Positions 52,001 through 61,620 of a stretch of 64,000 nucleotides of DNA are shown piece after piece; position 1 is the first letter of the stretch, and each line of letters opens with the position of its first letter. The notes under the pieces were generated by a model that saw only the letters and a program-made list of their open reading frames with translations, was not told the DNA's origin and did no database searches. This DNA is from Somniosus microcephalus (taxonomy: Eukaryota). The stretch covers positions 44,020,001-44,084,000 of the forward strand of contig CM126206.1 of NCBI GenBank assembly GCA_052327205.1. The letters run 5' to 3'. The translations under genes were made by a program, and so were the position numbers.

Positions 52001-52466
52001 GTTTTCTTTCCAGATCTTCCTTTCCTTTAACATCCAAGATTTTTTTCCTTGATAGACCAATCGTCTCCCACAGACTCCTTGTTTGTGCATTTGACAATGA
52101 AGGATCATCTGTCAGGAAGTCGTCACTAGCTTTCCTTCTAAGATTTGCAGCTTGCTGCAGGCACATTTGACTATGGTAGAAGGGTTTCTTTGTTAGCAAG
52201 AACCAGATTACGTGCCTGCTGTTCTTCAACCATCCTTGGTTAGTATCCACACTTGCATTCACAATTTGTGCACGCTTCAGCGTGCCATATTCGTGAGCCT
52301 GTTCATCCAAGTCCCCATTTTCAGTCACTTCTTTAAGTATTGACCCTGGGTTCTGGATCCAGTTTTCAGTATCTGTTTCACTTCTTACATTCCTTAACAA
52401 ACTTGTTTTTTCGGTGACATTGTTGGCCAGCAAAGGACTTCTCTCTTTACTGAAGCAACAACCCAT
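49011..52466 (-). CDS. LARP4B: Giant alternative N-terminal coding exon of LARP4B (1152 aa, acylation signal MGCCFSK, acidic/Ser-rich, probably disordered)
   Basis: 3486-nt stop-free ORF (48981-52466). Kozak aagcATGG with in-frame TAG TAA 15-10 nt upstream. Consensus donor ACT|GTGAGT at 49011/49010 is phase 0, and the next LARP4B exon (41610) starts in phase 0. Splicing is inferred, not observed. Confidence 0.78.
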
Positions 52467-53419
52467 GCTTCGCAGTTACTACAACAAACCGGCACGCTGC
52501 TAAAGCTCAGTGCTCTGAAACAAACTTCCAACTGGAGCAGAGGCTAGCCAACACCCACGTACCAAAAATAGCACCTTTGACGCTGTTAAAAATTCATGTG
52601 CTACTGCCAGTCAAATCTTTACAGCACAGCCTGGTTAACTTATTCCTAAATTAATAACACCGTATCAAATTTCCACTTTATGCCATCAGGTTTTGCAATG
52701 GAGGGGTTTTCTGATTTACAATAAACCTGTATTCCTCATTAAGCCTGCATTCAGCAACTAATTACAATCTTAAAGCAGCATAATACTGGGATTCCAGATT
52801 TTAATTTTGGCTGTTCAGAGTTGCTGGGTAGTAACCGGTTAGAATTTCTGCCATTAGTGGATAAGAACATAAGAAATGGGAGCAGGAGTCAGCCATTTGG
52901 CCCTTCAAGCCTTCAAGATCATGGCTGATCTACTGCAACTCCACGTTCCGTACTATCCCCATATCCCTTGGCTCCCTTAGTATACAAAAATCTATGGATC
53001 TGTCTTGAATATACTCAACAACATTTCTGGAACTTAATTATGAAGATCGGCCATTGCACCTTAAAACCTCTCCACTCAAATTTCAGCATCACAGCATGGT
53101 ATTCTAGTGTAATTCAAAATATTTATTGTTCCTAAAAGATAGTACAGACAACAAATATTTGAACTTTACAACACAAATGTTGTATATTTTTCTACTTCAG
53201 TGTCAGCTGCAGCTCAGTGGGTAGCACTCTCGCCCCAGTCAGAAGGTTTTGGGGTCAAGTCCCATTCCAGAGACTTGAGAACAAAAATCTAGGCTGACAC
53301 TCCAGTGCGGTACTGAGGGAGTGCTGCACTGTGGGAGGTGTCAGCTTTCGGATGAGATGTTAAACCGAGGCCCCATCTGCTCTCAGGTGGACGTAAAAGA
53401 TCCCATGGCCACTATTAAA

Positions 53420-54525
53420 ACAACTTGTATTTATACAAGCGCCGCTAACGTAGTAAAACATCCCACGGCGCTGCACAGGAGTATTTTAAGACAAAATTTG
53501 ACGCCGAGCCACATATGGATAAATTAGGGCAGATGACCAAAAGCTTGGTCAAAGAGGCAGGTTTTAAGAAGCGTCTTAAAGGAGGAAAGAGGTAGCGAGG
53601 CGGAGAGGTTTAGGCAGGGAACTCCAGAGCTTAGGGCCTAGGCAACAGAAAGCACGGCCACCAAAGGTTGAGCAATTATAATCAGGGATCCTCAAGAGGG
53701 CAGAATTAGAGGAGCACAGATATCTTGGGGGTTGTGGGGCTGGAGGAGATTACAGAGATAGGAAGGGGCGAGGCCATGGAGAGATTTGAAAACAAAGATG
53801 AGAATTTTGAAATCGAGGCACTGCTTAACCGGGAGCCAATGTAGGTTGGCGAGCACAGGGGAAATGCGCAAATGGGACTTCGTGCGAGTTAGAACACGAG
53901 CAGCCAAGTTTTGGATGACCTCAAGTTTACGTAGGGTAGAATGTGGGAGGTTGGCCACGGGTGCATTGGAATAGTCAAGTCTAGAGGTAACAAAGGCATG
54001 GATGAGGGTTTCAGCGGTGGATGAGCTGAGGCAGGGGCGGAGACAGGCGATGTAACGGAAGTGGAAGTAGGCAGTCTTTGTTATGCTGCAGATGTGTGGT
54101 CAGAAGCTCATTTCAGGGTCAAATATGACACCAAGGTCGCAAACAGTGTGGTTCAGCCTCAGACAGACATTAGGGGGAGGGATGGAGTCAGTGGCTAGGG
54201 AACAGATTTTGCAGCGGGGTCAAAAAAAATTGCTTCTGTCTTCCCAATATTTAATTGGAGAAAAGTTTTGCTGATCCAGAACTGGATGTCGGACAAGCAG
54301 TCTGACAATTTAGGCACCGTGGAGAGGTTGAGAGAAGAGGTAGTGAGTTAGAGCTGGGTTTCGTCAGCGTACATGTGAAAACACTGTTTTCAGATGATGT
54401 CACCAAGGGGCAGCATGAAGATGAGAAATAGGAGGGGGCAAAGGATCGATCCTTGGGGGACATCAGAGGTAACGATGCAGGAGCAGGAAGAGAAGCCGTT
54501 GCAGGTGATTCTCTGGTTTACGATT
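53420..54525 (-). mobile_element. L2 LINE 3' fragment
   Basis: LRKLEVIQNLAARVLTRTK...ISPVLANLHWLPVKQCLDFKILIFVFKSLHGLAPSYL is a typical L2 ORF2 C-terminus. Confidence 0.9.
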
Positions 54526-54593
54526 CTCTGATTTCGAAGAGTATGGGCGTTATTCCCAGTGTCCTGGCCAATATTTATCCCTCAAATCAACAT

Positions 54594-54920
54594 TACAGGA
54601 AACTTTGGTTTATCCAGAGGGTAACTGTCCGGAATGCTCGAGCCACCGGCAAAAATCAGGAGCCGTTTCGTAAGGTTTTTTTTCTTTTCGTTGCTTTTTT
54701 TCCCCCCACCAGTCAGGCTCTGCAAGGTCTCACTGAAGCGGTTGCTAAGCTACAGAGACGCTTGCAAGGTACGGCCGACTGTTTAGAAGCAGGGTTTGTT
54801 GCCAGATACGGAGCTCAAAATCTCCGTATGTTTCAACATTAGCGCTGGTTTGTCTGGCAGTTTTGATGGGACGGCAACAGCTCAGTCCCGTCGGTGCCGG
54901 ATAGCACAAAGTTTCCTGTA
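54594..54920. mobile_element. Tc1/mariner-type MITE (orientation B) nested in a DeuSINE
   Basis: TACAGGAAACTTTG...CAAAGTTTCCTGTA, 327 bp. Confidence 0.9.
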
Positions 54921-55849
54921 CTAAACAAAACTGATTATCTGGTCATTATCACACTGCTGTTTGTGGGATCTTGCTGTGCATAAATTAGCTGGCGTGTTGC
55001 TTACATTACAACAGCGATTACACTTCAAAAGTACACCATTAGATCCTGAGGCAGTGAAAGGTGCTATATAAATGCAAGTCTTGCTTGTTTTTAAGCAAGT
55101 TGCTTTATGGAATTTGAAGTTGGCTCCTGCGGCAAATGCCACTCTTGTTGCCCTAGTAGGTGCAATGGTTGCCAGTTTACATTCTTGAGCTTATTTTCAG
55201 GTCACAGCTGTTGGCTAACTGGTAAGTTTTCAACTCACTGAATGAAAATATTGCACCATTAACGAAAAATCGGATATACAAGCTATTCATGCAACGTTTG
55301 ACATCCAAATATAGGCAACAGATGAAGTGAGTGAGGCCTATACCTCCAATTACATAGCAATCTGAAAAGCTTTTTTTAAACTTAATATAAAGAATCTAAT
55401 TGAAGGATTTCCTGTGGTCCTGCACTACAACCTAGAATGTCTACATGTATAGTCCTAGTACATACTAGGATTAAAACCGTGGCTGGAAGTAGAGGCAATT
55501 TAATTGAACAAATAACTCGCACAATATATAGAGATTACTGATCAAACAAAAACAGCTTTTGGGAAAACAGGGAATAACAGATAAAAGCCTTCAATGTCTA
55601 CAGGTGTATTTTTGGGGGGTTTGCAGGAGAGGGGGAAGTGCTAGTGTTAAATAATTTTCACTTAGTTTTAGGTCAGAAACTCTGGTAGAGTGGTACAGGT
55701 TCTGAGCTTTATCCTACCCAGGAGTAGGAGACAGTGCGTGGCACTGTGTATGTCGTAACATTCTCTCTTCCTTCCTTCCTTCTCCTCTCTTCCCCCCCCC
55801 CCCCCCCCCCCCGAGGTATGCATAGAGGATGCATTAGTATTTGAACCAA

Positions 55850-56805
55850 GCATCAGCTTAGCTCAATGGCAGAGCTCTCACCCGAGTCAGGCAGTCATAT
55901 GTTCAAGCTCATTCCAGGCACTGAGGGGGTGCTGTTGTGCTGTATTGCAGTCTTTCGGAGGAGTCATTACATTGAAGACCCACCTGTTTGTTCTAGGTGG
56001 GCGTAAAACACCCTTTGGCAGTATTCAAAGAGCACGGGAGTTCTATGTCTTGGCCAACATTTATCCCACAACCAACACAAATCAAAACGAATCAACGGTC
56101 ATTTTGCTCATTGCCATTTTAGAAGTCAGTGTACACAAATTGGCTGCCACATTTGCTTACATAACAGTGGCTAAACTTCAAATAGGAGTCCTTGGCTATG
56201 AAGCCTGAGGCATTCCAAGCACATGAAAGTTTTTATACAAGTGCAAGTTCAAGACTCTAGCAGGTAGACATTCTATCTATACTTGTAATTGCAGTTACAA
56301 TGAAAATGGATCAATCTGCTAGCATCCAGGGCATAAATATATCAAGAAAAAAAATTGCATTTATATAGCACCTTTCGCAATCTCAGGATGCTCCAAAGCG
56401 CTTTACCGCCAATTGAAGTGTAGTCACTATTGCAATGTTGGAAACGCGGCAACCAATTTGTGCACAGCAAGAGCCCACAAACAGCAATGTTATAATGACC
56501 AGATAATCTGTTTTAGTGGCGTTGGTTGAGGGATAAACGTTGGCCAGGACACTGGGGATAACCCCCTGCTTTTCTTCGAAATAGTGCCTTGGGATCTTTT
56601 ACCGCTACCGGAGAGGGCAAACATTTCATCCGAAATATTATTTTTTTTCCCTGAAGATGACCACGTTGGAATGTTCTTTGGAATAGAAAAGATGCGATTT
56701 GCAGTGAGAAAAAGACTTGCATTTATATAGCGCCTTTCACAACCACTGGACGTCTCAGTGCTTTACAGCCAGTGAAGTACTTTGAGTGTAGCCACTGTTG
56801 TAACT
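55850..56805. mobile_element. Cluster of DeuSINE copies (plus 55850-56250; minus 56345-56640; tail 56705-56805)
   Basis: Deu-domain and tail words shared with 32735-33194. Confidence 0.78.
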
Positions 56806-57322
56806 GTTGATTTGCAGGAAGCAGTTATAACAGACATTGCACCATCAAAAGCAGAATTTAAATCCAGCAGGAACAAATGGCAGTGGCTTCTGGCAGCTGA
56901 TGAGGGCCCTAGTTTCAGACAGTTGTGCCATTAATTTTGGCTGGATTTAAATCCAGGCCCTGAAGGTGAAGGATCCAGTGTTCTAACTCACTGCACCACC
57001 CATCCTTTTCTAGGTAACTTTCCAACATGGCCTTTTTCACAAAAGCTGCATTTCGAGATGCCAAGCCTACAGCACAAGTGCAACAACTATTCATCACTAA
57101 TTGGCCAAGCAGAACCTCAAGGATAACTAGTCCGAGAAATTGCTTTTGTTTTGATGCACTCTAAGGTGCAATGAACTCCTGATTGTGGCACATAATGTAC
57201 AAGCTTCACCTTCCATCTAACCCACTGCATGCCAGGCCAGAATGCTCACTGACAGATACTGGGTCAAAAATGCAAAGAAAAATATTCCTATTCACCTGTA
57301 TAGTTATCTTCACCAGCACGTT

Positions 57323-58697
57323 ATAGAAACATAGAAGATAGGAGCAGGCCATTCGGCCCTTTGAGCCCGCTCCACCATTTAATGAGATCATGGCTGATCA
57401 TCCAAATTCAGTACCCTGTCCCTGCCTTCTCCCCATATCCCTTGATCCCTTTAGCCTTAAATATATCTAACTCCTTCTTGAATATATTTAATGAATTGGC
57501 CTCAACTGCCTTCTGTGGTAGAGAATTCCACAGGTTCACCACTCTCTGGGTGAAGAAATTCCTCATCTCTGTCCTAAATGGCTTATCCCTTATCCGTAGA
57601 CTGTGACCCCTGGTTCTGGACTCCCCGGCCATCAGGAACATCCTTCCTGCATTTAGTCTGTCTAGTCCTGTTAGAATTTTATAAGTTTCAATGAGATCCC
57701 CTCTCATTCTTCTAAACTCCAGCGAGTATAAGCCTAATCGACCCAATCTCTCCTCATACATCATTCTTGCCATCCCAGGTATCAGTCTGGTGAATCTTCG
57801 CTGCACTCCCTCCATGGCAAGAACATCCTCTCTCAGGTAAGGTGACCAAAATTGCACAATACTCAAGGTGTGGTCTCACCTAGGCCCTGTACAACTGCAG
57901 CAAGACATCCTTGTTCCTGTACTCGAACCCTCTTGCTACGAAGGCCAACATACCATTTGCCTTCTTAACCGCCTGCTGCACCTGCATGCTTACCTTCAGC
58001 AACTGGTGCACAAGGACACACAAGTCTCATTGCACTTCCCCTTTTCCCAATCTATTGCCGTTCAGATAATAATCTGCCTTCCTGTTTTTGCCACCAAAGT
58101 GGATAACCTCGCATTTATCCACCTTATATACTGCATCTGCCCAAATCATACTGGAGTTTCTCGGCATCCTCCTCACAGCACACACGCCCACCCAGCTTTG
58201 TGTCGTCTGCAAACTTGGATATTACATCTAGTTCCCTCATCTAGATCATTAATATACAGTGAAAGCTGGGGTCCTAGGCCCGATCCCTGCGGTACCCCAC
58301 TAGTCACTGCCTGCCACTCAGAAAAAGACCCATTTATTCCAACTCTGCTTCCTGTCTGCCAACCAGTTCTCTACCCAAGTCAGTACCTTGCCCCCAATCC
58401 CATGTGCCTTAACTTTACACGCTAATCTCTTATGCGGGACCTTAAAGTCCAAATACACCACATCCGTTGGTTCTCCCTGATCTATTTTTACCAGTTACAT
58501 CCTCAAAAAATTCCAGTAGATTAGTCAAGCACGATTTACCTTTTGTAAATCCATGTTGACTTTGTCCGATCCTGTCACTGTTTTCCAAGTGCTCTGCTAT
58601 TAAATCCTTTATAATGGATTCTAGCATTTTCCCCACTACCGATGTCAGGCTTACCGGTCTATAATTCCGTTTTCTCTCTACCACCTTTTTGAATAGT
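57323..58697 (-). mobile_element. CR1/HER1 LINE fragment (copy 3 of the young subfamily)
   Basis: NYRPVSLTSVVGKMLESIIKD...QHGFTKGKSCLTNLLEFFEDVT; same 3' UTR as copies 1 and 2. Confidence 0.93.
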
Positions 58698-58977
58698 TAT
58701 TAGTTGAATTAAAACATTTGCTAACAGGACAAAAGCCCAGCAAATTTTAACTTTGTTTTTACTGTAATCAGGAAGAGTTATTTGAGTGAGACTTGAGATT
58801 TATAATTGACCCAAGAAATTCAAACCCGAAACATTAACCCGACCTTTGTCCAGACGCTGGTGGACTTGCTCTGCACTCCCAGTATTTAGCGGTGTTTCAG
58901 TTTCTATCATAAAGAACCATGCTGATCAGAGTGATTAAAATAGCATAATTAGCAACATATGTTTTGGAGCAACTTAC

Positions 58978-59058
58978 CAGAGGGGAACTGTCCACAACTT
59001 CTTGCACTTGCTGCACCTGCGGTTCAGCCACAACTTTAGTGTCCTGGTCAGAAGTCAT
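58978..59058 (-). CDS. LARP4B: LARP4B canonical first coding exon (MTSDQDTKVVAEPQVQQVQEVVDSSPL, 27 aa); exon acceptor at 59111
   Basis: Matches the human LARP4B N-terminus MTSDQDAKVVAEPQ as I recall it. Acceptor ttcacag|AT at 59112/59111; donor CTG|GTAAGT at 58978/58977, phase 0, 81 coding nt. Confidence 0.93.
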
Positions 59059-60389
59059 GAGCCGTCTGCTTTCTGGCTCCGTAGAGAGAATTTTGCTCGT
59101 CAGCAAAGAATCTGTGAACCAAAATATACATGAGCAGTTGTCACAAATTTACAAATACATTTAAAACAGGATTTAATATCTTGAATTTTTAGACATTTCG
59201 TTTTATATATCCCAATTTCTATAAAAGCAATAGAAATGGGGCAGTGCAGATTCACTGTGATTTTACTAGTGAAAAGAAACTGCTGGTATAAAGACTTGAG
59301 ACTTTGGGGCTTTAGTCTGTGGTACAGAATATTAAGGGGTGACCTGATTGAAGTCTTCAAAATTATAAAAGGTTTTGGTGAGGCAGATAGTGATGGATTA
59401 TTTTTTTACTGGTCAGCAAGATGCCAACATGGTGGTAAATTTAAAATATTCAAAATCAATAAAGACAGGAGAAAAATTGTGTTGCATGTGGAACTTTCTG
59501 CCACAAATTGTTGAAGCAGAGTCCATAATAAATTATTTTATAAGTGAATCAGGTAGCGCTTTAAAAAAATGAAGGGTTATGGGGAGTGATCAGTAGAGTG
59601 GCCATATCATGGAGAAAGATGCAGACAGGCTTAATGGGCCAAATGCTATGCTGTAACAATTTAGGATTCGCCAAACAGCCCCATTACAAAGCAAATGGTT
59701 AAAAGGGAATTTTCCCATTTCTGGTGCTGCACTTCCTCCTACCTGATGATACTCAACAGCCCCTCTGCTTCATAAATCCATGTATAAGCTCCATTTTAAA
59801 CTACTAATCTGTAAAGTACACACTCCCAGGACAGAAGAATCTACTCAAGAGTACACCCACTAAATCCTCTCTGATCAGTTTTAGATCAAGGAGGAACAAA
59901 GCAACTACTTCAATTTTGGGACTAAAAAGGTTAGCAGGATCCTGCACACCAGCCATAAAAAAAATTTTAAAAAACACTTTGGGACAATTTAAGAAAATTG
60001 CAGAATAAAGTTCCCTCTAAAGGAGGATACAAATAACTAGAAATAGATTTTTAAAGAACTACCTAGTAAACTCATGACATTTTATTGAGATATGGGCGTC
60101 GCTAGCAAGGCTACCATTTATTGCCCATCCCTAGTTGCCGTGGAGAAAAATGTATTTACAATCATTAAGTAATTCTACAGGAAAACAATTCTTCAATTAC
60201 AATAGTGCACTTTAAACTGTGGTTATTTCTCCCACCACACCCAATAATTCAGGTGCATTAACAGGTAGAAAACACTTTGCAGGGGTAAACACAAGGTTAA
60301 AATGGTAATGACAGTAATTTCTGTTGCAAGCTGCAAATCCTCTTCATTTGTTGCTTAAACATTTTCTACTTTCCTTATGATTTCTAAGG

Positions 60390-61620
60390 TGATTATGGGA
60401 TAGAAGGGGCAGTAGCAGCATGGATACAAAGTTGGCTACGGGATAGAAAACAATTGTTTTTCAGACTGGAGGGGGGTATACAGTGCTGTTCCCCAGAGTT
60501 CAGTGAGGACCACTGCTGTTTTGATATACATTAATGATTTTGACTTGGGGGGTACAGGCAATGCTCCCTCTAATTTTCACCTTTAATAGGCTGCATGGCC
60601 CATTCAAAATTCTGCACATGCGCGGTTTTTCCATTTAAAAGCCAGTGAGCCAGCTGCGAGGGACCGCCAGAGTGCTGCGCAGCCTAAAGGAAGCATTGAG
60701 TACTGGGCACAATTTTGAAATTTGCTTTTGACACAAAACTTGGAAGTGTAGAAAACAATGAGGTAGATAATAATATAAACTTCAAGAGGACATACGACAG
60801 GCTGGTGGAATGGGCAGGAACACGGCAGATGAAATTCAACGCAGCAAAGTGTGAAGTGATGCTATTTGGTAGGAAGAATGAGGAGAGACAATACAAGCTA
60901 AGTTACAATTTGAAGGGGGAGCGGGAGCAGAGACACCTTGGGGGTGTTTGTGCACAAATCTTTGAAGGTGGCAGGACAGGTTAGCAAAGCAGTTAATAAA
61001 GCATGGAGGACCCTGGGCTTTATAAATACAGGCAGAGTACAAAAGCCAGGAAGTTATACTAAACCTGTATAAAACACTCGTTCGGCCCCAGCTGGAGTAG
61101 TGTGTCCAATTCTGGGCACCACATTTTGGAAAGAATGCGAAGGCTTTGGAGCGGGTACGGTAGAGATTTACTGGAATGGTTCCAGAGATGAGGGATTACA
61201 GTTGCGTGGATAGTCTGGAGAAGCTGGGGTTTGTCTCCTCAGAGCAGAGAAGGCCAAGAGGAGATTTGATAGAGGTGTTTAAAATCATGAAGGGTTCAGA
61301 GAGAGTAAAGAGGAACTGTTTCCAACAGCTGAAGGGTCAATAACCGGAGGACACAGATTTAAAGTGATTGGCAAGAGAACCAGAGGCGACATAGGGAAAA
61401 ACTTTACACAATGAGTGGTTAGGATTTGGAATGTACTGCCCGTTAGGGTGCTGGATACAGATTCAACAGTAGCCTTCGAAAGGGAATTGGATAAATACTT
61501 GGAGGAAAAAATTGCAGGGATATGGGGAGAGCGGGACTAACTGGATTGCTCTTCCAAAGAGCCGGTGCAGACTCGATGGGCTGAATGGCCTCCTTCTGCG
61601 CTGTACTATTCTATGATTTG
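60390..61620 (+). mobile_element. CR1 LINE RT-3' fragment interrupted by a hAT MITE
   Basis: VPQSSV...YINDFDLG...KFAFDTKLGS...QMKFNAAKCEVMLFGRKN, and a 3' UTR ending ...TTCTATGATT. Confidence 0.88.
60559..60698. mobile_element. hAT-type MITE, 140 bp
   Basis: TIRs CAATGCTCCCTCTAA / CTAAAGGAAGCATTG; 8-bp flanks GGTACAGG / AGTACTGG (6 of 8 identical). Confidence 0.8.

Larger units (their letters stand above)
53200..55085 (+). mobile_element. DeuSINE split by two later insertions (L2 at ~53420-54525, MITE at 54594-54920)
   Basis: SINE runs to GATCCCATGGCCACTATT (53417), resumes ATTTCGAAGA at 54531, then resumes again CTAAACAAAACTGATTATCTGG at 54921. Confidence 0.85.

Noticed and set aside
49549-52108. 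Short plus-strand and alternative-frame ORFs inside the giant exon
   Set aside because: Shadow ORFs of the long coding frame.
48981-52466. Large ORF as a transposon/viral gene or an unrelated nested gene
   Set aside because: No RT, integrase, DDE, gag or env motifs, and no flanking TIR/LTR pair. It shares strand and phase with LARP4B through a consensus donor. A stand-alone product remains possible but is secondary.
57206-57296. AG...GT-bounded segment (VNRNIFLCIFDPVSVSEH...) as the missing small LARP4B exon
   Set aside because: No similarity to LARP4B, poor pyrimidine tract and weak donor.
750-61600. CR1/L2 ORF fragments as active retrotransposons
   Set aside because: All are 5'-truncated, frameshifted or internally deleted.
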